Under the pieces are notes generated by a model that worked only from the letters and a program-made list of their open reading frames with translations, made no database searches and had not been told where the DNA came from. This document shows positions 9,344-19,918 of a stretch of DNA of 64,000 bases, piece by piece. The DNA comes from Geopsychrobacteraceae bacterium (lineage in GTDB: Bacteria > Desulfobacterota > Desulfuromonadia > Desulfuromonadales > Geopsychrobacteraceae). Both the position numbers and the translations under genes were made by a program. The first letter of the stretch is position 1. Each line of letters starts with the position of its first letter. Where the stretch lies: contig OY759353.1 of assembly GCA_963662315.1 (NCBI GenBank), forward strand, positions 2,720,001 through 2,784,000, read 5' to 3'.

Positions 9344-9823
9344 TTAATCGCGATAAATGCCCGCACCAACAAAGATAGATGTTCCGGGAACCCGGTAGAT
9401 ATATGTCTCTTTGATTGCCGGTTCGGAGCTGTCGGGCTTCGGCCACATATACTCAATCCACCCTTCTCCTTCTGTCGCGGCCTTTACGACAAAATCGACA
9501 AACAGCATCTTCGGGTTCTTGGGATTCTTATCGGTAACCGTCAACAGGCTGTCCATTTTCATCAAACCCGGCATCATCGGGTGAGCGAACATTTTCCCCT
9601 TCAAATTCATGGCGAATACGTAGGAGTCCTTCCATACGAACTTGCCGTTTCTTTTAGCGATCTCGGCAAGTCCTGCTTCCTGATCAGCGAGAATCATCTC
9701 AGCAGCCTGCTTGCACATGCTTATGCACTCAGCTACCGTCGCCTTATGTGAATTGGCAAAAACCGGATTCACACCCAGTACAAGACTTAGCCCTAACAAC
9801 CATATAACCCATTTTACGCGCAT
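9344..9823 (-). CDS. Stand-alone periplasmic single Cache-domain protein
   Basis: Signal peptide; YVFA..., AHP, GWIEYMWPKP, KETYI, VGAGIY; no signalling domain. Confidence 0.85.
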   Translation of the reverse strand: MRVKWVIWLLGLSLVLGVNPVFANSHKATVAECISMCKQAAEMILADQEAGLAEIAKRNGKFVWKDSYVFAMNLKGKMFAHPMMPGLMKMDSLLTVTDKNPKNPKMLFVDFVVKAATEGEGWIEYMWPKPDSSEPAIKETYIYRVPGTSIFVGAGIYRD

Positions 9824-9877
9824 AGATACTTTCTCCTTCCTTGAATTAAAAACCAATGAATATTGAAAAAAATGTAC

Positions 9878-11332
9878 CTACATACCGCCCAACAAAGTTT
9901 TGATAATCTCCGGATTTTCTTCCTCTTCTGCGAGAATCGTATGGCAGGTATCGCAATCCATGGAAATAACCTCGCCATCAGCTGATTCATGTTCTTCATT
10001 ATGACAGCGGAAACACCCCAGCTCATTATCATGCCCCAGATTGCTTTCGTAGGTATTCCACTGAATATTCATCTCCGGAAAGACATTCTCCACATAAGCA
10101 GCCTGCACACCTGCAATGGCAATCTCAACCTGCTGACGCTGGTTCTGATAGATCACTGGGTACTGCTGCTTATAGTATTGGGTCAGATGTGCGGCGATTC
10201 CGGTTCTGGCTTCGTCCTGGGTCACATATTCCTGCTCAACAGCAGCCATGGCCTGCTGCTTGATATAAGGCAGTTCCACAGGAATCTTATGGGTCCGTAT
10301 CTTATTGTTAATTGCCCGGTCTGCAGACAGATATATATGGCTGGGGCGGTTGTGACAATCGATACAATCCATTGTCCGCTCCTGAACTTCACTGGCCGCT
10401 GCCAGTTGTTCTTCCGCATCAGACGACCGGTAAGTAATAATATTGCCGTTCGCGGTTTTCTGAGCTACTTCGGGAATATTATTGCGTGGCCAATCGGTGG
10501 CCTTATAGGTAATTTCGTTTTCAGGGGCGACATGCCAGTGAATTCCGTGGGAGTTTGCGGTCTGATCTCCGGCACTGCCAATTTTCATAAGCAGCACGGT
10601 CTGGACGTGGGTATTGTTTTCATCATCAAGGTACTTATCTTTTATGACCAGCTTGTCACCATGAAATTTCTCCGGACGGTGGCATTGTTCGCAGGTATCG
10701 CGTGCTGGCCGTAAGCCATGGACCGGGGTTTCAATCGGCCGCGAAAAAGTATCCGCCATAACAGCATACAGCTGCCTGGCTCCGGATATCTTCGATTTGA
10801 CAAACCACGAAGCTCCCGAACCTATATGACATTCAACACACCGCACACGACTATGAGCCGAGTTCTGATATGCCGTGTACTCCGGGGTCATCGGTACATG
10901 ACAGACCTCACCACAGAAGGAATTAGACTCCATATAGTGGTAGCCACTATAGGCCAGGACACCAACAACGAACAGGTTGATACAGGTTAGGAAAACACCA
11001 ACGAAAACCAGCTTGCGAATGCGATTGTAACCTGAATCGTCACTCAGCTTTTCACGTAAATAGTCAAGGGTAAATAAGCGAACCTCTTCCTTGCCCCTGG
11101 CAAAAAATAGACCAATAAAGACGAGTACCAGGCCACCGACAAAAGCCGGCCCCAGAATCATGTAGATAAAACCACTGAGATAGGGATTGTCTATGTGGAT
11201 AAAGACATCGTAAAGAACGGCACCAAGTAGAAAAGGAAATACCACAGTAACAACCATGGCCCCCAGCATTGATATCCAGCTATGAGTTATCCCTTTAATA
11301 AATGCCTTCGGAATATCAGTCAGTCTGGCCAT
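9878..11332 (-). CDS. imcH: ImcH-type NapC/NirT inner-membrane multiheme cytochrome
   Basis: Three N-terminal TMs; CGEVCH plus CVECH, CEQCH, CIDCH, CFRCH, CDTCH; FVKSKISG and GIHWH segments. Confidence 0.85.
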   Translation of the reverse strand: MARLTDIPKAFIKGITHSWISMLGAMVVTVVFPFLLGAVLYDVFIHIDNPYLSGFIYMILGPAFVGGLVLVFIGLFFARGKEEVRLFTLDYLREKLSDDSGYNRIRKLVFVGVFLTCINLFVVGVLAYSGYHYMESNSFCGEVCHVPMTPEYTAYQNSAHSRVRCVECHIGSGASWFVKSKISGARQLYAVMADTFSRPIETPVHGLRPARDTCEQCHRPEKFHGDKLVIKDKYLDDENNTHVQTVLLMKIGSAGDQTANSHGIHWHVAPENEITYKATDWPRNNIPEVAQKTANGNIITYRSSDAEEQLAAASEVQERTMDCIDCHNRPSHIYLSADRAINNKIRTHKIPVELPYIKQQAMAAVEQEYVTQDEARTGIAAHLTQYYKQQYPVIYQNQRQQVEIAIAGVQAAYVENVFPEMNIQWNTYESNLGHDNELGCFRCHNEEHESADGEVISMDCDTCHTILAEEEENPEIIKTLLGGM

Positions 11333-11487
11333 GAGATACTCTCTCCTTTTAGCAGTTATTCAAAGTCTACAACCTGCGACGACTTCCTCCACAAATTCTT
11401 ATTAAAACAATGTTATGTTCAAAACCTAGCATTAAGATCAACAACTGTCAATTATGGACTTTATTGCCTCCGTCTATGATTATTCTG

Positions 11488-11709
11488 TCAAATCCGATTT
11501 CGCAGAATGCGCATGACCAGAACCCCAAGAATTGAGAGAACCAGGCCGACGCAGACCAGCAGGTATCCTATGGTATCTGCGCTCCCCCAGCCCCAGAGAT
11601 TTTTACTTTTCAGGATAAAAATGAAGATAATACCGGTGAAGGTCGCAATACCGCCAATGACATATATGCCAATGGCAATCATAGAAAAAACCAAATCTTT
11701 ATCAAGCAT
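11488..11709 (-). CDS. Small two-TM membrane protein
   Basis: 73 aa, two hydrophobic helices, AGGGAG RBS. Confidence 0.65.
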   Translation of the reverse strand: MLDKDLVFSMIAIGIYVIGGIATFTGIIFIFILKSKNLWGWGSADTIGYLLVCVGLVLSILGVLVMRILRNRI

Positions 11710-11733
11710 AAGCGTCTCCCTGTCGGGAAATAA

Positions 11734-11761
11734 AAAGGGGTTGCCGAATGGCAACCCCTTT
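11734..11761 (-). terminator. Intrinsic terminator after cbcL
   Basis: AAAGGGGTTGCC-gaat-GGCAACCCCTTT with a U tract on the minus strand. Confidence 0.8.
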
Positions 11762-11784
11762 CGGATTGAAACGAATCCTACCGT

Positions 11785-13635
11785 TTAAAAGTGATGTCCG
11801 CCAACGGTAAATGCGTAGATCATTAGTACCAACAGCGCAACCCCAATAATCACAGCGGTAAAGCCGAAGCCCTTGATGAAGAAATCATACGCAATACCAC
11901 TCGGCTTCTCCTTGATGTAATTGTCAAGAATGCCTTCTTCCTCATAGCGCTTCCACTGATCTCCACGCTCTTCGATAAACTCTTCCTTGGGCAATTCACC
12001 GTTGAAGATGACAAAGTCCATCGGGAACTTCTCGGGACGACCATGGGTATTGAAGAAGTGAACCGTAAAGATGAACCCGGTAGCCAGCAATGCTTCATCC
12101 GAGTGAATAATGGTGGCAACGTTAAACACCCAACCCGGAAGGAAGGCACCAAAGAATTCAGGGAACCAGAGCATCAGACCGGAACCGCCAATGGCGAACA
12201 TACCCCAGAAAACGGCGATAAAGTCGAATTTTTCCCAGTAGGTCCAGCGATCAAAGGTCGGCTTAGGACCGAGGAACAGGAACCAGCGCACCATGTTGGT
12301 AACATCCTGAATATCTCTCAAGTTCGGACACAATGATTCTGGCCCGAATAGCCGGCGGAAGAATTCGGCCGGATACTGTAATTTGTAGAACAGGAACTTG
12401 GCACTCATAAACAGCGCGGAAGCAAAATAAACAAAGGTAATCGCAGCACCTACCCTGTGTAACAGGGCAGCATTAGCTGCGCCACCGTAGAAATTCATCA
12501 TCACTGCAGCCCATTGCTGGTCAGCAAATTTCAACGGCAGGCCGGTCAGGGACAGCAACAGGAAGCTGATAATAACCAGCAAGTGCAGGAAGATATGAAC
12601 ACGGGTGAAACGCCGATAAATCTTATGAGCATCGGGAATCACATGATAATGGCCAGCAATCAAGGCACGTTTTTTCTCGCGGTTTTCAACAAAGCCCCGG
12701 AATAACCAGAGGAGGGTGTGAATCCAGAAAACCAAGAAGGTTCCAACCAAAAGAACCGTCATGCTGACGTAGGTATAATACAGAATCGGATAGTTATCTT
12801 TATCCGTCATCTTGCCATGAGCATAAAATTTGACAAACTGCGCAGACGAATTTTCATGGCACTTGGCGCAGGTCTGTACCAAGTTATCACCATACAGACT
12901 GGAATTCGGATCATCATGCGGCAAAATGGAATGGGAGGTATGGCAATCGGCACACCCGGCGACTTTTTCCGGGAAGCCCAGCGCATAATTTTTGCCATGA
13001 TAACTTTCAAGGTAGGTTTCAACAGCAATATTAGTGATACCGTTCTTTTCCATGAGAGCTTCGTCATCATGACATTTCAGACAGACATCAGTATGAAAGG
13101 CACGAACTTCATGATCTTTGGGATCACCAATCTCCTTGATTTCATGAAGATTGTGACAGTCTATACAGGATGCCGAATCCATATTGCCGCCCTCAAGGGC
13201 CTGGCCATGAACAGATGGAGTGAATTGTTCTGCCGCATCATCATGACACTCAGCACACTTGGCAACCGCAACCAGTTTGTCACCATTCCAGGCTTTCTGA
13301 CTATGGATTTCGGAGTGGCAGGTCGCGCAACTGATTTCGTTAAGCTGGTGAACACTGGCATAATGCTGCTCAGTCTCTTCTTTATGGCAGCGAACACACT
13401 TAACCGGTTCCGGCATGAGTTCGCCTTCCATGTGCAGCTCAATATCAAGCAATTCGATATGACAAGCAACACAACCGTTGGCTCCGTGCACAGAATTACT
13501 GAACTCCTCTGCTGAAATGACATCCCCATGACATTCCAGACAGGTTTCGGGAGACGCAACGACTCCCGCAGCCATGACTTGAGAAGCGCATAGCACCAGT
13601 GCCAGCAGCAGTGAATAAAACAGAAACTTTCGCAT
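11785..13635 (-). CDS. cbcL: CbcL-type nine-heme cytochrome c / cytochrome b fusion
   Basis: Nine CXXCH, then an FdnI/HydC-like b domain (HLLVIISF, LLHR, WTYWEKFDFIAVFWG, IIHSDEALLA, VHFFNTH). Confidence 0.92.
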   Translation of the reverse strand: MRKFLFYSLLLALVLCASQVMAAGVVASPETCLECHGDVISAEEFSNSVHGANGCVACHIELLDIELHMEGELMPEPVKCVRCHKEETEQHYASVHQLNEISCATCHSEIHSQKAWNGDKLVAVAKCAECHDDAAEQFTPSVHGQALEGGNMDSASCIDCHNLHEIKEIGDPKDHEVRAFHTDVCLKCHDDEALMEKNGITNIAVETYLESYHGKNYALGFPEKVAGCADCHTSHSILPHDDPNSSLYGDNLVQTCAKCHENSSAQFVKFYAHGKMTDKDNYPILYYTYVSMTVLLVGTFLVFWIHTLLWLFRGFVENREKKRALIAGHYHVIPDAHKIYRRFTRVHIFLHLLVIISFLLLSLTGLPLKFADQQWAAVMMNFYGGAANAALLHRVGAAITFVYFASALFMSAKFLFYKLQYPAEFFRRLFGPESLCPNLRDIQDVTNMVRWFLFLGPKPTFDRWTYWEKFDFIAVFWGMFAIGGSGLMLWFPEFFGAFLPGWVFNVATIIHSDEALLATGFIFTVHFFNTHGRPEKFPMDFVIFNGELPKEEFIEERGDQWKRYEEEGILDNYIKEKPSGIAYDFFIKGFGFTAVIIGVALLVLMIYAFTVGGHHF

Positions 13636-13945
13636 GAAAACTCTCCTTGAGAACAGGTTTCCTTAAGCCCCGCACGCCAGATAGTTACATATCAGTCGTT
13701 ACGAATGCAGTATTCACAAAAATCGACCATCGGGAGGTGGCAGGTCCCATTACATCCGACAGCACTACTTTTCGTGAGAATAAATTACATATAAATATTA
13801 GAATACATGCCGCGACAGTACCCTCATCATCAAATTAATGCAACAAAAAATCTCTTTTACAGATATCAGAAAAGCTAATAACTGACTGAAATACGCGGCT
13901 ATTTTCAAATTTAAAGACTATTTATTTCTGTATACAATATACAAA

Positions 13946-13973
13946 AAAAAACGACTCTTGCGAGTCGTTTTTT
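13946..13973. terminator. Intrinsic terminator after atpE
   Basis: AAAAAACGACTC-ttgc-GAGTCGTTTTTT. Confidence 0.85.
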
Positions 13974-13997
13974 CTAAGACTGTAAACTTCTTAAAAA

Positions 13998-14264
13998 TTA
14001 TTTAGTCAGAAGCGCGACAACCTGCTCAGTGAACGGGTTAGCGAACAGAATGATCATGGCAACAACGAAAACGTAAATTGCCAGAGACTCGATCATAGCC
14101 AGACCGATCATCATTGTAGTCAGAATTTTACCGGACGCACCCGGATTACGTGCAACACCTTCACAAGCACTTTTAATTGCCATCCCCTGACCAAGACCAG
14201 TACCGATAGAACCGATGCCCATACCCAAACCAGCTGCCAGTACACACCAGGTAAAAAATTCCAT
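13998..14264 (-). CDS. atpE: ATP synthase Fo subunit c
   Basis: GLGQG...ARNP...IESLAIY; AAAGGAG RBS. Confidence 0.97.
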   Translation of the reverse strand: MEFFTWCVLAAGLGMGIGSIGTGLGQGMAIKSACEGVARNPGASGKILTTMMIGLAMIESLAIYVFVVAMIILFANPFTEQVVALLTK

Positions 14265-14361
14265 TACAACTTCTCCTTTTATGCTCTCTTTAAGTTTGAT
14301 TGTTCCCATGTCAATATGGGACTTGCTTCACACCCCTGTGAGAAGCAGTAAAAATAAGCAA

Positions 14362-15036
14362 TCAGTGCGCCTCTTCGAGCGCACCGGCAATATAAATCAT
14401 CGCCAGCAAGGTAAAAACAAAGGTCTGGATAAAGGCAACCAGAACCCCCATCAGCATCATCGGAATCGGCAAAAACAGTGGAACCAAGGCGAAAAAGATC
14501 ATCAGGACAATCTCATGGCCATACATATTACCGAAAAGACGCAGGGTTAAGGACAGTGGACGGGCCAGGTGACCAATGATCTCAATAATGAACATCAGTG
14601 GTGCGAGCCAGATAATCGGCCCCATAAAGTGCTTAAGATAAGCAACACCATGCTTTTTGAAACCAACGATGTGAGTCATAGCAAAAACAATGATCGCCAA
14701 TGCGGCGTTAGTATTCAAGTTTGCTGTTGGTGGATAAAAGCCGGGAATCAGGGCAATTAAGTTGCTGACCAGAATAAACAGGGCAAAAGTCGCGATCAAC
14801 GGGAAAAAGGCCTTTCCCTCTTCACCCATTGTCTCATCAATCAGACCTTCAACACCAGTTACCACAGTTTCCATGAAGTTCTGCATCCCGGAAGGAACCA
14901 GGGTCAACGAACGCGACGCCAAAAAGGCAACAAAGATAAGCACCACCATGACAAACCAGGCATACATGACGTGTTCGCCAATGTGGATATGCAGTTGCTG
15001 CTCAAGCCATTGAAGAAACAAAAAGGGATGAGTCAT
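14362..15036 (-). CDS. atpB: ATP synthase Fo subunit a
   Basis: [25 protein letters not shown]. Confidence 0.97.
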   Translation of the reverse strand: MTHPFLFLQWLEQQLHIHIGEHVMYAWFVMVVLIFVAFLASRSLTLVPSGMQNFMETVVTGVEGLIDETMGEEGKAFFPLIATFALFILVSNLIALIPGFYPPTANLNTNAALAIIVFAMTHIVGFKKHGVAYLKHFMGPIIWLAPLMFIIEIIGHLARPLSLTLRLFGNMYGHEIVLMIFFALVPLFLPIPMMLMGVLVAFIQTFVFTLLAMIYIAGALEEAH

Positions 15037-15064
15037 TGCCTTCTCCTGTTCAAATACCAATACA

Positions 15065-15427
15065 TTAATAGAGACGCTTCAACGTTGTTATCAGTACATT
15101 TACCACGACTACCGAAAGACCGACTGACAGGGCCAGCGGGCTGAGTCCCCCACGTACCAGCAACAGATATATGGCACTGGCGACAAACAGTAGACGAAAC
15201 ATATAATTAAACTGAAACCCCTTCCGTGCAGAGTGCTGAGGATCACCAAGCAATCTGACCAGGGACTTGCCAAGCATACGATAATTCATGATGGCCAAAA
15301 CTCCACCGGCCAATACTGCCAGTGAAATCTGCCAATCCCACCACAGCAGACTGAGCAGAAGCAGAACAACAAGAATAAACCAGTTGCGACGAGCCAGTTC
15401 AGCCAGCAACTGATCATCTTTGTTCAT
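15065..15427 (-). CDS. atpI: ATP synthase protein I
   Basis: Four-TM protein directly before atpB. Confidence 0.8.
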   Translation of the reverse strand: MNKDDQLLAELARRNWFILVVLLLLSLLWWDWQISLAVLAGGVLAIMNYRMLGKSLVRLLGDPQHSARKGFQFNYMFRLLFVASAIYLLLVRGGLSPLALSVGLSVVVVNVLITTLKRLY

Positions 15428-15668
15428 CGTCTGAAGGTCCCTGTTGCTCCTGACGACGTAATTCACGTTTAGTCAGGATAAATACATTACGAAAACCAGA
15501 AACGATACCAAAGCATAACATCACCAGGGTCAGTATCGGCTTGGTATCAAGCCATAAGTCCAGATAATGTCCCATCGCCAAGCCTATCATGATAGAAGCA
15601 ACCAGGGAAATTCCGACACTGGACAAAAACCCCAGACTTTTGAATAGTTGGCGTCTATCTTCGCTCAT
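15414..15668 (-). CDS. atpZ: AtpZ/AtpI-family protein
   Basis: GLAMGHYLDLWLDTKP motif; first gene of the atp Fo unit. Confidence 0.8.
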   Translation of the reverse strand: MSEDRRQLFKSLGFLSSVGISLVASIMIGLAMGHYLDLWLDTKPILTLVMLCFGIVSGFRNVFILTKRELRRQEQQGPSDDEQR

Positions 15669-15865
15669 CTTAATATCAACTTGAATACTCGATTCTCGCA
15701 GCGTCTTTAAAGCGTCTTCTGATAACACAGCACTAGGCCAGAAGTCAATGGCTTTCTCCATATACAAAAAAAGTATATTTCAAATAAAAAGCTATGATTT
15801 CAGATAGTTTCATGTCAAAAAAAGTATAAAGTATACAATTTCAAGACCCTATCCCCTTTGCGCCA

Positions 15866-17152
15866 TCAGGCCAACTGCTTAAACACGATCTCTGCAGCAG
15901 CAATGGTTTTGTCCAGATCGTCCTGACTGTGGGCAATACTCATGAAGCCAGCTTCAAACTGGGATGGCGCGAGATTGATCCCCTGGTCGAGCATGCCGCG
16001 GAAAAAGCAGCTGAACATTTCGGTATCACTTTTTGCTGCATCGGCAAAAGAATTGACCGGTCCATCACAGAAGAAGGTACAGAACATTGCTCCGACTCGC
16101 TGAAAACAGGTAGCGACACTACTGGCCGCAGTGACCTGCTGCAAACCTTTGGCCAGGTAGGCGCTTTTTTCTTCCAGCTGCTGATAAAAACCCTCTTCTT
16201 TAAGCAACGACAGTGTCGCGATACCGGCGCTCATGGCCAACGGATTGCCGGACAGAGTCCCAGCCTGATAAACGCCTCCTTCTGGAGACAGGCATTCCAT
16301 AATCTCGCGTTTACCACCGAAAGCACCAACCGGTAACCCACCGCCGATGATCTTACCCAAGGTAACCAGATCCCCCTGAACACCAAAACGCTCCTGCGCA
16401 CCACCAAATGCCACCCGGAACCCGGTCATAACCTCATCAACAATCAGGACGATTCCTTCAGCGGTACACAGTTCGCGTAACCCTTCCAGAAAACCAGGAA
16501 CGGGTGGAACACATCCCATATTACCGGCGATCGGCTCAAGGATAATACAGGCGATCTCCCCCTTATGGGCTGCGACCAGGCCTTTGACGTCATCCAGATC
16601 GTTATAGTTTGCCGTCAAGGTATATTTAGCAAAATCAGCAGGAACTCCCGGTGATGTCGGCACGCCAAAAGTCGCCGCGCCACTGCCAGCTTTAACCAGC
16701 AACGAATCTGCGTGACCGTGATAACAGCCATCAAATTTAAGAATCTTGTCGCGACCGGTGTAACCGCGTGCCAGGCGAATAGCACTCATGGTCGCTTCAG
16801 TACCGGAAGAAACCATGCGCACTTTTTCAATATTTGGATAAGCCTCTATGACCAGTTCCGCCAGCACTGTTTCGCGTGCAGTCGGAGCACCAAAAGAAGC
16901 ACCGCTCAATGCCGTTTCACGAATAGCCTCAACAACTTTAGGATGACAGTGCCCAAGAATCATCGGCCCCCAGGAACCGACATAATCGATGTACTCATTA
17001 CCATCGGCATCATAGATTTTAGAGCCAGCTGCCTTTTCGATAAAAATCGGATTAATACCGACCGATTTAAACGCCCGTACCGGACTGTTGACGCCACCGG
17101 GAATGACATTTTTAGCAGCGCTGAACAAAGCTTCTGATTGCTGATGATTCAT
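15866..17152 (-). CDS. hemL: Glutamate-1-semialdehyde 2,1-aminomutase
   Basis: [39 protein letters not shown]. Confidence 0.97.
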   Translation of the reverse strand: MNHQQSEALFSAAKNVIPGGVNSPVRAFKSVGINPIFIEKAAGSKIYDADGNEYIDYVGSWGPMILGHCHPKVVEAIRETALSGASFGAPTARETVLAELVIEAYPNIEKVRMVSSGTEATMSAIRLARGYTGRDKILKFDGCYHGHADSLLVKAGSGAATFGVPTSPGVPADFAKYTLTANYNDLDDVKGLVAAHKGEIACIILEPIAGNMGCVPPVPGFLEGLRELCTAEGIVLIVDEVMTGFRVAFGGAQERFGVQGDLVTLGKIIGGGLPVGAFGGKREIMECLSPEGGVYQAGTLSGNPLAMSAGIATLSLLKEEGFYQQLEEKSAYLAKGLQQVTAASSVATCFQRVGAMFCTFFCDGPVNSFADAAKSDTEMFSCFFRGMLDQGINLAPSQFEAGFMSIAHSQDDLDKTIAAAEIVFKQLA

Positions 17153-17324
17153 AGAATATTTCTCCCTGAGAAGATCGCTGAATAGAGCGGAATTATAGGT
17201 CTGAAGGAACTTTATACCACAAATTGAATTCGTTAGCACAGGCGCTCAGGAGTGTCAAGAAATCCGCCAAAGATAAAGCAAATGCAGACGACCAGCTCTT
17301 TTTATGTAAAAGAATAGTGTTTTA

Positions 17325-17369
17325 TTGCGTCAAACATACAAATTCGCATACTATGACCAAATTTAGTTA
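17325..17369 (+). promoter_or_regulatory. sigma70-type promoter with operator-like palindrome
   Basis: TTGCGT-N18-TACTAT, then the imperfect palindrome TGACCAAATTTAGTTA. Confidence 0.4.
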
Positions 17370-17421
17370 CAAATTGAATTTTTGCGCCTTAGCAAGCTTT
17401 TCTGAAAGGGGTCTGGTGTTT

Positions 17422-18813
17422 ATGCAGAACAAATCTCTCCTGTTGCTGATAGCTATCTTTATATTTGGCTGCGGTCAGGTCTTCGCCTCAGGGTTTGCCA
17501 TTATCGAACAATCCGTGTCAGGACTCGGCACCGCCTTTTCCGGTGGCGCCGCCAGTGCAGATGACCCCAGCACCGTGTTTTTTAACCCAGCGGGAATGAT
17601 GCTGCTGGAAGGGCAGCAGGCAACTGCCGGGGTGCACTATATTATGCCTTCTGTTAAGTTTAAAACTGAGAAAGCAGAGAGCACTATGTTGCCAGATGGT
17701 TCTGGTGGTTACATGACTATTCCCCTCGGCAGTGACAATGGGGGGCAGGCGGGTATCACCAAGATTGTCCCCAACCTTTACTACAGCAATCGTGTATCCG
17801 ATAAGCTGGCCTTTGGCCTGGGCATCAATGCCCCTTTCGGACTGTCCACTGAATATGACAAAACCTGGGTCGGCCGTTATCACGCCGTGGAATCGGAAGT
17901 TGTCACTATCAACATCAACCCTTCGGTTGCTTTTCAGGTCACGGAAAAACTGAGTATCGGTGCCGGTTTCAATGCTCAATACATGGAAGCAACCTTGTCG
18001 AGTATGGTCGATGGTGGTTTAGTTGGTGTCAAAGCCGGTGCGGCCATTACCCCCAGCCAAACCGCCAATGACGTCTATGTCAAAAACAATGCCGATGATT
18101 GGGGTTATGGCTACAACCTCGGTCTTATTTACGCGTTTACCCCTAAAAACCGTCTCGGCCTGCACTACCGCTCCGAAATCAAACATAAGCTTGAAGGCGA
18201 TGTAAAAGTTGATGTACCTGCATCTTTATACACAACAACATTTACCCATCCGCTATATGGCGATATTCCATTAGCTTCTTTATTTTCCAATCAAGACATC
18301 AACGGCACTATCATCCTGCCGGCCACGGCCTCCGTCAGTTACTTCCATCAACTCACTGACAAACTTGCCGTTATGGCCGATGTTACCTGGACCGAGTGGA
18401 GCAGCTTCGACAAGCTAACGATTAATTTTGAAGGGGCAGGCATCGCTGGCAACAGCAGTACAACCACCACGGAAAAATGGGATGATACCTGGCGCTACTC
18501 TATCGGCGCTACCTTCCAGGCATCCGACGATCTGTTACTGCGTATCGGTACTGCTTATGACGAGACTCCCATTTCCGACAAATACCGCACTCCTCGTATC
18601 CCAGGCGAAGATCGCATCTGGCTTTCCCTGGGAGCAGGCTATAAGGTCCTTGACCACCTGATGGTTGATGTTGCTTATACCCACTTGTTTGTCAAAGACT
18701 CCAAAATGGAAAAATCTGCCAGTGATCCTGAAGACGCAAGCCGGGGCACGGTGGTCGGTGAATTCGAAAACGCTGTCGATATCGCCAGCATTCAACTGAC
18801 CTACACCTTTTAA
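17422..18813 (+). CDS. fadL: OmpP1/FadL-family outer-membrane channel
   Basis: Signal peptide; SGFAIIEQSVSGLG, FFNPAGM, APFGL, NINPS; C-terminal TYTF. Confidence 0.9.
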   Translation: MQNKSLLLLIAIFIFGCGQVFASGFAIIEQSVSGLGTAFSGGAASADDPSTVFFNPAGMMLLEGQQATAGVHYIMPSVKFKTEKAESTMLPDGSGGYMTIPLGSDNGGQAGITKIVPNLYYSNRVSDKLAFGLGINAPFGLSTEYDKTWVGRYHAVESEVVTININPSVAFQVTEKLSIGAGFNAQYMEATLSSMVDGGLVGVKAGAAITPSQTANDVYVKNNADDWGYGYNLGLIYAFTPKNRLGLHYRSEIKHKLEGDVKVDVPASLYTTTFTHPLYGDIPLASLFSNQDINGTIILPATASVSYFHQLTDKLAVMADVTWTEWSSFDKLTINFEGAGIAGNSSTTTTEKWDDTWRYSIGATFQASDDLLLRIGTAYDETPISDKYRTPRIPGEDRIWLSLGAGYKVLDHLMVDVAYTHLFVKDSKMEKSASDPEDASRGTVVGEFENAVDIASIQLTYTF

Positions 18814-18864
18814 CTCATCCGACCACGCCGGATGAGATTTAAGATCTGAAATTTCAAATCTTAC

Positions 18865-18907
18865 AGCCCCACACGGTTTCCCTTGTTTCTAGAAACCGTG
18901 TGGGGCT
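18865..18907. repeat. 16-bp perfect inverted repeat with no U tail
   Basis: AGCCCCACACGGTTTC-N11-GAAACCGTGTGGGGCT. Confidence 0.8.
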
Positions 18908-18919
18908 AAACTCTTCTTC

Positions 18920-19879
18920 ATGATTCCACACCAGCACACCATAGACACCCCCTACTTTGTCGGGGCCGTTCATTGCTATAGCACCGAAATCAATGGAGAG
19001 CTTGTCCTTTTGGACACCGGACCCCCGACCCTTGAGGCCGTCGAATACCTGCGCACCAACCTCGACCTGAGCAAACTTAAGCACGTTATCGTTACCCATT
19101 GTCATCTCGACCATTTCGGCTTGGTCCACTGGCTGGAGCAAGAGACAGACGCGACAATCTATATTCCCTTTCGCGATGCCCTTCGCTTTCAAAACCAAGA
19201 ACGACGTCAAGGACTGATGCATGACCTGTTGCTGCAGATCGGCTTTGAGGCAGATTTCGTGAATCGCTTCATGGAGCGCCACAGCGTTAATGAAGTCGGC
19301 GTCAGTGAACCACAGCAGTATCAGATTATTGAAGAAAGTGACCTTCCTGCTAAACTCGGCATTACCCCCTTAGCATGTCCGGGGCATTCGCAAAGTGACC
19401 TGGTGTTGCAGGGGGACAGCTGGGCGGTCAGCGGTGATGTGCTGCTGAAGGAAATTTTTCAGACGCCGTTGCTGGATGTCGATCTGCTGTCAGAGCAGCG
19501 GTTCCGAAACTACCATGCCTACTGCGACAGCCTGGTGAAGCTGGTGACCCTCAAGGGGAAACAGATCCTCCCCGGCCACCGCCATAACATCGAAAGTATC
19601 GACGCTTGTCTGTTGTTTTATCTGAACAAACTGCTCGAACGGGCCGGGCGGGTCAAAAAACTGCCGCTGACCATGAACGCCGTGGAAACGGTCTGCAATT
19701 TACTTGGAGATAAACAATCATCCCCCTTTATCAGCTACCTCAAAGCTTCGGAAATTCTTTTTCTGCGTGATTTTCTTGCCGAACCAGAGCTATTATGTCA
19801 GGCAACAATGAAAATTGGTTTGTACTCTCAATTAGCAGACAGCTTTACAGGTTTTATCTCCACATCCGAGAAAGAATAA
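18920..19879 (+). CDS. MBL-fold metallo-hydrolase, paralog 1
   Basis: DTGP, THCHLDH, PGHS, SGD, PGH. Confidence 0.88.
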   Translation: MIPHQHTIDTPYFVGAVHCYSTEINGELVLLDTGPPTLEAVEYLRTNLDLSKLKHVIVTHCHLDHFGLVHWLEQETDATIYIPFRDALRFQNQERRQGLMHDLLLQIGFEADFVNRFMERHSVNEVGVSEPQQYQIIEESDLPAKLGITPLACPGHSQSDLVLQGDSWAVSGDVLLKEIFQTPLLDVDLLSEQRFRNYHAYCDSLVKLVTLKGKQILPGHRHNIESIDACLLFYLNKLLERAGRVKKLPLTMNAVETVCNLLGDKQSSPFISYLKASEILFLRDFLAEPELLCQATMKIGLYSQLADSFTGFISTSEKE

Positions 19880-19918
19880 GCACAACAGATAGTATCTCAC
19901 CTCTGACAGGAGGCGCAT

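Noticed and set aside
13998..15668. atp operon lacking F1 and b subunits; possible Na+ specificity (Q...ES in subunit c)
   Set aside because: Split atp operons and the ESLAIY sequence are usual in this lineage, and the full EST Na+ signature is absent.
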